In this document: one piece after another, positions 13,044-25,200 of the stretch | How positions within the stretch are numbered: the stretch's first letter is position 1 | How the letters are laid out: every line of letters starts with the position of its first letter | Origin: Squalus acanthias | Taxonomy: Eukaryota | Direction of reading: 5' to 3' | DNA length: 64,000 bases | Assembly (NCBI GenBank): GCA_030390025.1 | Contig: CM059431.1 | Coordinates: 117,864,001 to 117,928,000, forward strand | The notes under the pieces: generated by a model | Databases searched by the model: none | Seen by the model: only the letters and a program-made list of their open reading frames with translations | Told to the model about the DNA's origin: nothing | Translations under genes and position numbers: made by a program

Positions 13044-13941
13044 GGGGGAAAAATTCAGTTGGTTGCGCCTCCCGTTAGCGCCTTAAGAGGGCGCTAATGG
13101 GGCGCAAAGCATCTAGCGCCCAGGCGCGGCGAAGTTTGCGCCGCTCGCGAAATTAACGAGACATTTTGCGGCGGCGCTAAACACTACCGCCACGATTTCC
13201 TGCACCGGCAGATCGTGACGTCTGTCGAGTGCGCAACGCCCCGGTATCGCCCCGCAGCGGATATTGAGTGGCGCCCCCTGCCTTACCGCCTGACGCTAGC
13301 AACGACAGGTTGAGGGGAGCATTCTGCAGTCATGAAGGGAAAGGGGGAGCGCTATTTAAAGGTGACCGCTTCCTGCCTTTTATTGTTGGTGCCATTTTTG
13401 AACTACGCTTTCTGAGAGAGAGAGAGAGAGAGAGACTTCTGGAGAGATTCAACGTTGTGTGAAGGAATTTTGGGTACTGAGCAGCACCTTGCAGGTTCAT
13501 TTTGATTTGCCATTCCTTGCATCGATTTAGAAGAGACTGTGGGGGCTGCACTCTGAGCTCTTTGCCTCGTACTCTCCATTGTTCTTTCCAGCAGATTTGA
13601 TGTGCAGGTCTCTCCAGGCCGAGATTCAAGGCTGCAATGAGCAGGATGTGGATGGAAAGCAAGATTAACCATCCCCTTTAAGAACTGGCCCGTGCCATTG
13701 TGTTTGTGTTCCATTGCTGACTGACATTACATGAGCTTCGCCAGCGCTCTGAGGTAGCGCCTCGCTCCTCGGCCTTTGCGCCTTAAGACAGGTGTGAAGC
13801 GCCTGATTTAGTGCTCCAATCACCTCCAGGGTCGATAAAAGTCAAGTTTGCAGTCAGTGGCGATAATTAGCGCCAGGCGCTAATCTTTACGCCCAGGCCG
13901 ATAATTGCGCCCCAAATGGGGCGATACTGAATTTCTCCCCC
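13044..13941. mobile_element. Harbinger MITE, deletion derivative of the 22788-26986 family
   Basis: TIR GGGGGAAAAATTCAGT / ACTGAATTTCTCCCCC, TSD TTA. Both ends align to the 22788 element. Confidence 0.93.
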
Positions 13942-13997
13942 TTAATGTCTATTGCAGCAAACCAGCACTTGAATAAAATATTTGTTTTAAAGTCCAA

Positions 13998-14344
13998 GGG
14001 GGAAAAATTGGGTCGCGCCCCCTTTGGGGCGTTAACTTCGCCGGGATGCTACTTTTAGTGCCCCGAAAAAGTTAGTGCCCCCCATGCCTGAAAATTAATG
14101 TTAGTGCCTCAAACAGGAAGTGGGGCGCTACTGGAAGCGTTCCCCTTCCTCTTGGGGCGCTCCCATTGAATATCACGGAACCTCCTGCATCAGTACCACG
14201 CGCGTCGGCACGGAGCACCGTGGTATTACAGGCCTCCCTCCGCTGATTAAAGGAGAAGGGCCTAGCGCAGTGCGCACCAGGGCCCTGCTGGACCACCACC
14301 TTGGGGTGCTAACAGGAGGCGCAAATTAACCGAATTTTTCCTCC
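13998..14344. mobile_element. Harbinger MITE
   Basis: TIR GGGGGAAAAATT / AATTTTTCCTCC, TSD CAA. Confidence 0.85.
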
Positions 14345-15249
14345 CAAAAGATTAAAACCAAACTGACCTGAAAGATGTCTGTGTCCCTTTAATTAGCGCT
14401 GACAGCGTTTCTGTAGGTCTGCTGCACGCACACTTTTCTGAGCGTGCTTAGGACCCAGTGTTAAAGTCAGCAAAGAAGTTGTAGTATACAGTCGTGGCGT
14501 CAAGTCAGCATGCTGGTATCACGCTCTGCTGATTTGCATTTCTAGGGCCAGCGCTACTAACAGCAGCGCTATGGCCCTCACCAAAATGGCGGCTGCCGAG
14601 TCCCGTGCCGGAGGCGGGCGGAAGCGAGGTGCCCGCCATTTTTGTTCCAGAAACGTGCCTTAACGGAGAGCGGTAAGTACGCAAATTTCTAGGCTATATT
14701 GTTTAAGTCAAATAAAATGACACACTAATATGGGGAAAGGTAGTGTGTTCTTTATTTTGCATCATTGCTCAAAGTTGTACTAATTGAACTAAGTCTGATC
14801 ATAACTGTTGCTCTGAAAGTAGTATAACAATTCTCATCAAGCCTTGTCTCATCAAATGGTCCATCTTCAGAAAGATTTAAGAAATGCACATGCAAAATGC
14901 ATGAAAATCCAGCCCAGGTCATGAGAGGGTATTATTGTTACACCCCAGGTTATGCTACTGTACAAAGAGATAGAGGGTAGAGTGAGTCACCTCCCATAAA
15001 AATAAGTGGCTTAGACAGCTTACGGGGGCAACCATTGCCATTGAATACAAGAAGGCATCTATGGCAGACCTGAATTTGTAACAACCCACTACAAGCTTGA
15101 GTATATAATCTAATCTGACACTTCAGTACAGTACTGAGAACCTCATACACAGAGAGAACAGGCAAACACAATTTCAGATAACTTCAGCTTTACTTAAAAA
15201 TCATAAATAAATGCACAGGTCACATAGAACTCGTAAAAAAACCTCAGAT

Positions 15250-15362
15250 TAGAATCATAGAATGATACAGCTCAGAAGGAGGCCAGTCGGCCCATCGTGC
15301 CTGTGCCGGCTCTTTGGTAGCGCTAACCAATTAATGCCACTCCAGTGCTTTTTCCCTGTAAA
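15250..15362 (-). mobile_element. CR1 3' end
   Basis: (tagaatca)n tail followed by a typical CR1 3' UTR (gaaggaggcca..cggcccatcgtg). Confidence 0.8.
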
Positions 15363-15625
15363 TATTTTCCCTTATTAAAATTAAATAAGTGTTTCCTTCA
15401 CTTACATTAATAATATATTTCCATTCAATTGGGTTTCCTCTACTGATGTCACGGATAATATTTAAATTGAATAACAGTTCCCATCATTCAAATCAAAAAC
15501 TTAAATTTCAAATTCCATGAGAGTTTCTGTCATTCCTTTCGATTCAATCCTGTTTACCAATTTTGAAAACTTTCTTTTCGCCTCTTTTAGTTCTGCCTGT
15601 GGTTTGGGCATTTCCTGTAACCCTG

Positions 15626-15850
15626 TGCACTGTAGCAACTCACCAAGGTTACGTCGACACCACCTTCCTCCTCTGCGACCTCTACGACTGAGAAAGACAA
15701 GACCAGCAATGACATGGGAACGCCATCTGCTCCAAGTTCCCATCCAAATCGCTCAGCATCCTGACTTGGACGTATTTGGCTCTTCCTTCATGGTTGCTGG
15801 GTCAGTATCCCCATGAATTACCAACCTATCACCATGGTGATACACCATCA
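15626..15850 (+). mobile_element. Old fragment of the LINE family seen at 16380-17030
   Basis: Aligns to 16685-16910 (HCSNSPRLRRHHLP). Confidence 0.8.
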
Positions 15851-17085
15851 ACAATAACAACGAGCATTTATACAGCACCTTTAATGTAGTAAAACGTCCC
15901 AAGCCGCTTCACAGGAGCGTTATAAAACAAAATTTGACACCGATCAACAAAAGGAGATATTAGGACAGATAAGTTTTAAGGAGCGGATTAAAGGAAGAGA
16001 GAGAGGTGGAAAGGTTTTGGGGGGGAATTCCAGAGCTTAGGGCCGAGGCAGCTGAAAGCACGGTGGAGCGATTAAAATCGGGGATGCGCAAGAGACCAGA
16101 ATTGGAAGAGCGTGATATATCGGAGGGTTGTAGAGCTGGAGGAGGTTACAGGAACGGGGAGGGGTAAGGCCATGGAGGGATTTGAAAACAAGGATGAGAA
16201 TTTTAAAATTGAGGTGTTGCCGGACCGGGAGCAAATGTAGGTCAGCGAGCACAGGCGTGAACGGGTTTCGTGCAAATTAGGATACGGGCAGCAGAGTTTT
16301 GTGTGAGCTCAAATTTATAGAGGGTGGAAGATGGGAGGCCGGTCAGGAGAGCGTTGGAATTGTCAAGTCTAGAGGTAACAAACTTAACTGGACCAGCCAC
16401 ATAAATACTGTGGCAACAAGTGCAGGTCAGAGGCTAGGTATTCTGCGGCGAGTGTCTCACCTCCTGACTCCCCAAAGCCTTTCCGCCATCTACAAGGCAC
16501 AAGTCAGGAGTGTGATGGAATACTCTCCACTTGCCTGGATGAGTGCAGCTCCAACAGCACTCAAGAAGCTCGACACCATCCAGGACAAAGCAGCCCGCTT
16601 GATTGGCACCCCATCCACCACCTTAAATATTCACTCCCTTCACCACCGGCGTACCCTGGCTGCAGTGTGTACCATCTACAAGATGCACTGCAGCAACTCG
16701 CCAAGGCTTCTTCGGCAGCACCTCCCAAACCCGTGACCTCTTCCACCTAGAAGGACAAGGGCAGCAGGCACATGGGAACGCCACCACCTCCAAGTTTCCC
16801 TCCAAGTCACACACCATCCTGACTTAGAAGTATATCGCCGATCCTTCATCGTCGCTGGGTCAAAATCCTGGAACTCCCTCCCTAACAGCACTGTGGGAGT
16901 ACCATTACCACACAGACTGCAACAGTTGAAGAAGGCGGCTCACCACCACCTTCTCAAGAGCAACTAGGGATGAACAATAAATGCTGACCTTGCCAGCGAC
17001 GCCCAGATCCCATAAGTCAATGAAAAAAAAGGCATGGATGAAGGTTTCAGCAACAGATGAGCTGAGGCAGGGGCGGAGACGGGCT
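15850..17085 (-). mobile_element. L2 LINE 3' portion, split by a younger LINE insertion
   Basis: (caa)n tail; the minus strand encodes LADLHLLPVRQHLNFKILILVFKSLHGLTP (L2 ORF2 C-terminus). It resumes at ~17030. Confidence 0.85.
16380..17030 (+). mobile_element. CR1-group (Crack/Zenon-like) LINE 3' fragment nested in L2
   Basis: LNWTSHINTVATSAGQRLGILRRVSHLL...IYKAQVRSVMEY...LDTIQDKAARLI; 3' UTR with AATAAA and an A-rich tail. Confidence 0.85.
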
Positions 17086-17199
17086 GCAAGAGCTGCAGCG
17101 GTTCAAGGAGGAGGGACACCCCCACTTCCTCAGTGCAACAAGTGATGGCAAGAAATGCAGCCTTGGCAGCACCATTCACATTCCGAGAACAATTTGAAA

Positions 17200-19170
17200 A
17201 AAAGAATAGAGCAATATAAAAAATATAATGGGAGGCGATAAGGGAGATTAAAACAGCTGAAAGGGAATATGAAACAGGATATGAAATAATGTCAAAGTAA
17301 ATTGAACAGGTAAAAAGAATATTTAAAGATGACTGAGGGACTTAGTGACAGGGGAATCTAATTGTGGAGGATGCAGCAACGACAGAGTGGTTGAATAAAT
17401 ATTTTGCATCAGTTGTTATAATTGATGGTGGAAGTAAGAATGTAGGTGTACTAGAGGAGGATGTAGAACAATTATTCAAGGCAGCTGTAGAAAGAAATTG
17501 TTTTGAAAAAAAACTGGCTGAACTCAAATTGGGTGTATTACCATGCCCTGATAGCATGAAGGAAATCATAGAGCAGATAGCAGAGGCACTCAGCACAATT
17601 TTTCAACCCTCTTTAGAAATGCAAATTGCGTCTGGGGAATGGAGGATAGCTCATGTAATATCTCTATTTAAGAAGGGCAAATAAGGTTGAATTTTCTATA
17701 CCCCAGCAGTCTACTAAATCTACTTTTGTTCTCAAAATATGTAGGCCTAGAAATTCCGTTCCCTACGGGTGTGTATGCGTTGTGTATTCACCCGTAGGGC
17801 CAACGGAAGTGCCGGTTTTACGTATGCACTGCGCATGCACTGGAAACCGGCACTTCCGTTCTCTGCAGAAAGGGCTTGACTGGACAAATGCCTGCGCCGG
17901 ATAGGCAGCGCGTATGTTAGAAACTTCCGTTTTTTTCCACACTGGCTTGAGTCCAGGTAAGTCGGGAACAGCTGCGCCTAGAAAAGCAGGTGCAAGGCCT
18001 GCTTTTAGCAGGCTAATAGTTTAAGAAAGTAAAAAAAAATGTTTCCACTGATTTATCATTTTAAAATACTTTAAAGAAAGGTAAGTTTATTTTTAGCCTT
18101 GTTAAAACCTTTAATTATTTTTTTCAAAAATTTAAATTTTTGTTTGAAATAGTTGATGTATGTAATTTATAGTCATTTTAAAAATGTGATTTTTTTAAAA
18201 TTTATTTGAAGTTTTTCTTATGTTTTGGGGCTGATCTCTATTCATCGATTTGACAGGTCTTCCTGTCAAATCTATGAATGGAGATTCCCTGCTCTGATTG
18301 GCTCCCCATGGCCCACGTGATCCCAGGGACACTGCAATCCACCTGCGCCCCTGGGATACGCGTGCCCTGCACACCGCCAGTATGAAGAGGCACAGCAACG
18401 GAATTCTGTGCCTCCCGGGATCCCTCCGGTCCAGGCGCAGATCTTTCCGGATCGCAGCCCTCTGCCCGCGGGAGGGCTGCGAACGGAATTTCTGGGCCAT
18501 AGTTTATTTAGACATGGGGCTGTAAAAGACTTTAAAATTGTAAAAGGAGAATATAGACAGGTTAGGCAATATAGAATAGGCAAGCAGGTGGCCGATGCGA
18601 TTTAATGCAGAGAAGTCCGAAGTAATACATTTTAAGAGGAATAACATTAATGGAAGTATAGATTCAATGGAAAGACGGTGAAAGGTGTAGAGGAACAGAG
18701 CGACCTAGGGGCTCCAATACATCATTCCAAGAAAGAATGAGTATAGGCAGATAAATCCATAAAAAAGGCCAATGATATTTTGGGTTTTATGAATAAAAGC
18801 GAAGAAGTTGTGATAAATTTGTATCAGGCAATGGCTAGAACATGGTTAGTATTGATGAGATGAATAGGGAAAGATTATTTCCTCTGGTTGGAAAGTCAGT
18901 GATGAGGACTTATCAATTTAAAACTGTCAATGAAGAGAAAGATCAGGAGCAATGTCTTTATGTAGACTTTTGTTAAATCATGGAATGCTTTGCCACAGGG
19001 AATAGTTTAGACAGAAATCATTGCATCATTTGAAGCAGAGGAATACAAGGCTATGAATAGTGAGCAGGGCAGTGGATTAGTTTCAGATTGCTCTAGCAAA
19101 GTGTTGGCACAGACATGATGGGCCAAACAGTCTCCTTCTGTGCAGCAAACGTCTATGGTTCTATGGTTCT
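17200..19170 (+). mobile_element. Degenerate CR1 ORF2/3' end, interrupted by a MITE
   Basis: WLNKYFASV...IAEALSTIFQPSL...WRIAHVISLFKKG; it continues at 18500-19170 and ends in (ttctatgg)n. Confidence 0.8.
17744..18498. mobile_element. Harbinger-type MITE with AT-rich core (family A, copy 1)
   Basis: TIR GGCCTAGAAATTCCGTTC / GAACGGAATTTCTGGGCC, flanks GTA/ATA. Homologous to 28488 and 29394. Confidence 0.85.
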
Positions 19171-19224
19171 TTGATGAGATGTGTACAGAGTTAAACAGGT
19201 TATGCTAATACAATCTTACACTAT

Positions 19225-19377
19225 GGTCGGAATTCCCTTGGAGCTATTCCCACACCATCGTAACTTAACCGGAATTGGGGACGAAACTCTATTTACATGC
19301 GTAAGCTGTGTTTCCACTGCACTTCCTGTGAAATGACTGCGGCAGAGCAGGAGCACCTTTGTGGAAACTCCCATCCT
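19225..19377. mobile_element. Small MITE-like element
   Basis: Loose terminal inverted repeats ggtcggaattccc / ggaaactcccatcc. Confidence 0.4.
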
Positions 19378-20467
19378 ATACAAACACAAATAATCTACGC
19401 AGTATTATTGTGGGATGCCTTTCTAGGATTTTTGCAAAATACAGACCGATGGGTGCATTTTACACACTCAAAAAGGCTCTCATTTGCATAATTTCCTACT
19501 CTCCTCACATGCTAGAACTGCTTCATTTTATGCATCAAAAATAATGCATTTTAATAACTTATCATAGCATTAGTCTGACTTTCTAGCTCTGTGATTCATT
19601 TTAAAATTAGGAATTAATTTATTTGGAGAATTTTTTCGTGTAGCCAAGGTGTAATTTTAAGGCCTCACTGCTTAGGTTATTCATGTCCTTGTTCTTTTTA
19701 CAATACACTAAATGTGAAAGAGATAGCACCTTCTGCACTCCCTATGACATGTTATGAAAATGTGTGGTTATTATTCTGTACTTGTCTGTCAATTTAACTT
19801 TAATTCCTGATCACATTTTCAAGGTGGACAAAATCATCTGGAGTGAGCTGAAAGGCAATTAAGATAAAACAGGAGAACTATGAATCTTTAGAGTATCTGC
19901 AGCTCTAGGGAACTCTTAGGCCGGAAATTTCTGGGGTCCGTGTGGGCGCGATTGGAGGCGGGTCGGGTGGGAAATTTTTTAAATCTTGCAGCGGGTCAGG
20001 AACCCGCCGTCATCACACCCCCACGTGCCTTTCCCTCGGGCGCGTTTGCCGGCACAGCAGCGACCTGAACGGTAGAGGTGGGCGAGCTAATTTAAATCAT
20101 TATGAGGTGCTTGTCAGACCTTTAAGCGCTTTTTTTACCCTACCTTTCAGATTTCCCCGGATGAGCACGGGAATCACGCAGCTCGGGAACCATGTCTGTG
20201 AACCTGAGGTGAAAGTTGATTGGCCACTGATGCAGCTCATTACTGCACCGCATGAAAAGTACAATAAAAAGTCCAACCTCACAGCTGATCACTTTCACAA
20301 GGCAGATGCTATTCCTGACTGCATTGTTAGCACAGATTTAGTTTTCTAGAGGTTGCAAGTGTTTCCAGCAATGTCAGTATCCAGTGTCAACTCATTGGTG
20401 GAATCTATCACACCATTGACAGATTGCTTCTGTCGTCTTGACTTTACCTGCCATCTATTCCATCAGC

Positions 20468-21389
20468 ATGGGTGCCATTTATACTGTCAAATCTTGATCT
20501 TCAGAATCGGACCACAATGAGCCCCAACCAGCACCCTCAACTTCTTCACCTCAGGCTCCTTCCAGGGATCTGCAGCAGGCATTTGCAGCATCTCGCAGTC
20601 GGCCGCCCACAGATGCATCACACAGGTCACTGCTGCCCTCTTTGACAAGTCAGCCAATTATACCAACTTTGCCACTGATGAAGCCCGTGTTACTGAGCGG
20701 GCGCTCTGCTTTACCACTCTGGCTGGCTTCCCACGAGTGCAGGGCGTCATTGACTGCACACATGTGGCCATCAAGGCACTCCCAGGAGTCTTTGTCAACC
20801 ACAAGGGCTTCCACTCCCTCAGTGTGCAGCTCGTCTGCAACCATAGGAAGATCATCATGCATGTGTGCGCCAAATTCCCTGGCAGCTGTCATAACTCTTT
20901 CATCCTGCACTAGTCCACTCTCCCTCAGCTCTTTGCTCCTCCAAACAGACTTTCCGGCTGGCTGCTTGGAGATGAGGGCTATCCACTGAAGATGTGGCTC
21001 ATGACACCCTTGAGGAGGCCAAGTACTGAGGCCGAGGAGAGATATAATGAAAGCCATATGTCCACCAGATGTGTCTTGAACAAACAATAGGCATGCTGAG
21101 AATGCGCTTCAAATGCCTTGACAGATCTGGAGGAGCCCTTCAGTACGCACCAGCCAGGGTCTCCAGAATCGTCCTGGTCTGCTGCACCCTGCACAACATA
21201 GTGCAGCAGTGAGGATTAGCGCTGCATGAGGAGCAAGGCTCTGAGCACACAGCCTCTTCAGAGGAGGAGGAGGAGGAGGAGGAGGAGGAGGAGGAGCAGG
21301 AGGAACCTGCGGTCTAGATCCCACTAGCACCCGAGCATATTGCTGCCTGGGAGGCCAGGGATGGGCTCATCATGGCCAGATTTACGTAA
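20468..21389 (+). pseudogene. Harbinger DDE transposase, internally deleted and disrupted
   Basis: MGAIYTV... then [69 protein letters not shown], and a (GAG)n acidic tail. Confidence 0.9.
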
Positions 21390-21687
21390 CTTTATGCATT
21401 ACACCCATATGGTTGCCACATGCTGCGCCAAGTTGGCACCTCCCCACAGCAACACCATAAAGCATCCCTACAATGACCAAGCCATTCCTTTCACACTGAC
21501 CCCCATTGCTGGAGGTAACGTTATTTCTCTCCATTCACTCCAACTCATTAAGCTGTTTCCAACGGTGCACACAAATTTGTCCCTGACCGCAAAGTGGTGA
21601 AAATAAATATTTTTATCTGTGACATCACAGTAATGGAAACTTTACACAACCATTTAATAAAACACTCAAGAGGCTACCCTTGTGAAT

Positions 21688-22671
21688 CTACTTGTGTTTG
21701 ATCTTTTTCTTATGCGTGCTTCTACAAGGTGCTACCCCTGTGGCTTCAGCAGAGGTAGAGACAGCCTGCTCACTTCCTTGCTGTGACTGCACAGACCCTT
21801 TTGGCAGACGTCTTCTGGGTTTTGGAGCCTGTGATGGCCCCACCAAGGTCTGCTCCTCCCGTGAATGTGCAGGGGCAGACTCGGCCATCGTGATCCCAGG
21901 AGCCATGTGGGGCTCTGTAGAGGGGGATGCAATGGGGGAGAAGTGTGAATGCTTTGAGCAGAGCCCCCACTTGCATGTCCCCTCTCACCATCATCCCTCT
22001 CATGGACCACCCACACTTTCCTGCTTGCAAGGAGCTGGAGAGCACCTTGCTGCACAGCAGTGGGGCGATGAGGACCCATTTCTACATTGACATCCCTCCT
22101 AGAGAAGATGTCTATGAGCCTCTGCCATCTATTCTCCATAGATAGCCATCTATTCTCCATAGAGACCATATGCTTCTGTGAGTGGCGCATTAGCTGCTCC
22201 ATGCAGGTGTCCATCCTATCCATGAAAGAGCCTACAGTTGTCATTGCCTGCGACACAAGGTTGGAGATGGACTCCTCCATTCTTTGCACATTTACAGACA
22301 TCGCAGTTGCAAAACCTGTCAAAGGCCCCTGCATTTCTTGCTGCTCCTCCAGGGTCGCCCTCTTTCAGGATGGCCCCTGAGGCTCAGCATCTGCATGCAA
22401 CTGAGCAGAGCTCGGAGCATCGTGCGCCCTCTGGCGAGGAGTCTCCACTGCTGTCTCTGTCTCCATCATCTCCTCTTGCTCACTTATGAGTTGTGAGACA
22501 CCAGCTGACAACACTATCTCGCATGGGACCCACCGAGGTGTGCGTATCTACGCTGCTGCTGGGTGCACTTACGTCTGGTGTCAGTGCACCCTCAGAGGCT
22601 GGAGGCTGCTTTGAGGAGTCGTTTTCCTCTTCCTCCTGGAAAGTGAGGGGTGGGGGAGACTCTTGATGGAC
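21688..22671 (-). pseudogene. Harbinger Myb-like gene, last exon
   Basis: Collinear with 6505-7522 (VQRMEESISN..., EQAVSTSAEATG..., KKKIKHK). Splice acceptor at 22672-22673. Confidence 0.85.
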
Positions 22672-23307
22672 CTGTGGGAGAGTAAAGAGATGAGTTAGAT
22701 ACATCATATGAAGAATGGGTACAGATACCATTATGCACATGATGAAGATTCACTGGCTGCTGACAATAGTCCCCATATAGAGTCATAGGGGGAAAAATTC
22801 AGTTGGTTGCGCCTCCCGTTAGCACCTTAAGAGGGCGCTAATGGGGCGCAAAGCAACTAGTGCCCGGTCACGGCGATGTTTGCACCGCTCGAGAAATTAA
22901 CTAGACATTTTGTGGTGGCGCTAAACTTTACCGCCGCGATCTCCTGCGCAAGCAGATCTTGACATCATACGAGGGTGCAACACCCTTGTGGTGCCCCGGA
23001 ATGGAAATTGAGTGGTGCCCCCATCCTTTTCACCTGGCGCAACCAACGACCGGAAGACTGGAACGCTCCCCAGTCGCTGTGGGGCTGGGGGGGGGGCGGT
23101 ATTTAAAGGGGGCCTCTTCCTGTCTTTTTCTGTGGTTGACATTTTTGCACCACTCGTTCTGAGAAAGAGAGAGAGAGAGAGATTCATAGAGAGAGAAAGA
23201 GAGACTTTTGCATTGAGTCAACGCTGTGTGAGGTAGTTTTGGCTACTGATCATAACTTTGCAGGTACTTTGATTTTCGACCTTCATAACTTTGATTGCCA
23301 AGAGACT

Positions 23308-24465
23308 CTGGGGGCTGCACTGATTGGGGGCGTCGTCCTGCGCCACCAGAATCAGAGGACACAGAGACGCAGAGAGAGAGTGGCAATCATGGCCAGACGG
23401 AGGAGGGCAAACAGGCCTCTGTACAGGAGACCTTACCCTCCCAGGGTATATCGAAAAAAAACAAATATATTAATATGTCTGAGGAGCAGCGTTTGTGAAG
23501 GCTGCGCTTCAGCAAGGAGGTAGTCACTGAGCTCTGCCACCTGCTGCAGCCAGATCTGCAGCCTCAACTGAGGTCCAGGACGTCTCTGTCGGTGGCAGTG
23601 AAGATCACAGTGGCTCTGAACTTTTATGCCACTGGCTCATTTCAATCAGCTACTGGGGACATCGCCATATCTCCCAGTTCGCGGTGCATTGCTGCATCCG
23701 TCAGGTCACAAATGCCCTCTTTAAAAGGAGACGAGAGTACATCTCTTTCCCCATGACCCCAGACAAGAAGCAAGAACGCGCAATGGGCTTTGCTAGGATA
23801 GCGGGCTTCCCCATGGTGCAGGCCGCCATTGACTGCACGCATGTGGCTTTGCGTGCTCCGCATGAGAATGCCGAGGATTTCCGCAACAGAACGGGGTTCC
23901 ATTCCTTAAACGTTCAGTTGGTCTGTGACCACAGACAGCTGATACTCGCTGTCAATGCCCACTATCCTGGCAGCTGCCACGATGCATTCATCCTGCGCCA
24001 GACTACTGTGGCAGAACTTTTCCAGGCACCGCATCAGCCAGTTGGTTGGCTTCTCGGGGACAAGGAATATCCACTGAGCACCTGGCTGATGACACCGCTC
24101 CGTACGCCCAACACCCCTGCTGAGCTGCGGTACAACGAGAGCCATCAAGCTACCAGGAACATCGTTGAGCACACAATCGCCGTGCTCAAGCAACGGTTCC
24201 GCTGTCTGGACCATTCTGGAGGAGCCCTGCAGTACTCACCTGAGCGAGTTTCCCACTTCGTAGTTGTGTGCTGCATGCTGCATAACCTGGCAATCCTCAG
24301 GACCCAGCCAATGCCACCAGGCCTTGGAGCACCACCGGAGGAGGAGGAGGAAGAGGAGGAGGAAGAGGTGGAGGATGATCATCAGCAGCACCAAGGCGGG
24401 AGGGAGGCCCACAATGTAGAAACTTGAAGGGCTGTCCGTCAATGGCTCATAGCAAACCGCTTCTA
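23308..24465 (+). pseudogene. Harbinger DDE transposase (HARBI1-like)
   Basis: (L)GAALIGG...[95 protein letters not shown]. The start codon is lost, with one stop and about 3 frameshifts. Confidence 0.93.
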
Positions 24466-25077
24466 GGCCCCTGCTGAGGAAATGGCTTCTGCCATTGAGA
24501 AGAACATGAATGAAACCAACCCGCAACCCCTAAGCCGGCCAAGGCAGCAATGATTCCAAAGACCAAACATGTACATTTTGAATACAAAAACTTATTTATT
24601 TTGCAAACTCTGTGTGTGTCATTTCCTCATGACAAACTAATAGAAAGAAACACAAAAACACAGTCATTAACATAACTGGTTCTCACAACCTGGAGATAAT
24701 GTTCAAAACACTAAACAAAAGTTTGACCACGAACCTCGGCCTTTAATAAAAAAATGACCAACATTTTGTCACACCTCCTACTTTTTGCCCTCCGAGGGTG
24801 ATCTCCTTCCCTTGCGCACTTCCCCCCTTCCCACCCTACTGCTCCTCCGTAATGGGACCCCAGTGGCTGCAGCAAGGCTGGTGGAAGGCTGCTGATTGTC
24901 AGAACCTGAGACTGCAGATGCCCTTGAAGGACAGCCTCGATCAGCTCTGGGCCTGGAGGGCCCGGCTGCAGACTGCACCAACTCTGCATGGGCGGCAGCA
25001 GTCTGGGCTACAGGCGGTGGCAAGTGCAGTGGAGAAGTGACAGTGGTGGCAGCAGGAATGCTGTCATCTTAAGAGAG

Positions 25078-25200
25078 TGATGCGGAGATGCCGGTGTTAG
25101 ACTGGGGTGGACAAAAATGAGAAGTTGCACAACACCAGGTTATAGTCCAAAAGTTTTATTTGAAATTACGAGCTTTCGGAGCTCTGCTCCTTCGTCAGGT
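25078..25200 (-). mobile_element. Penelope-like pLTR fragment with an intact minimal hammerhead core
   Basis: The minus strand reads tac-CTGACGA-A-GGAGC-aga-GCTCC-GAAA-GCTC-gta. It has the same boundaries as the 1760 copy. Confidence 0.8.

Larger units (their letters stand above)
11216..14695. mobile_element. Non-autonomous Harbinger hosting two nested insertions
   Basis: TIR GGCTTAGAAATTT / AAATTTCTAGGCT, TSD ATA. Myb remnants on + (11669-11897, 12240-12483) and a transposase C-terminal remnant on - (~12660-12820). Homologous to 43112-48821 in reverse orientation. Confidence 0.85.
19919..22775. mobile_element. Harbinger transposon (same family group as 4504), truncated on the Myb side
   Basis: Starts GGCCGGAAATTT after TTA, with a transposase on + and Myb exon 3 on -. 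Confidence 0.88.

Noticed and set aside
23684..24427. Domesticated HARBI1 host gene
   Set aside because: It lies within TIRs and a TSD, is paired with a Myb-like gene, and has stops and frameshifts.
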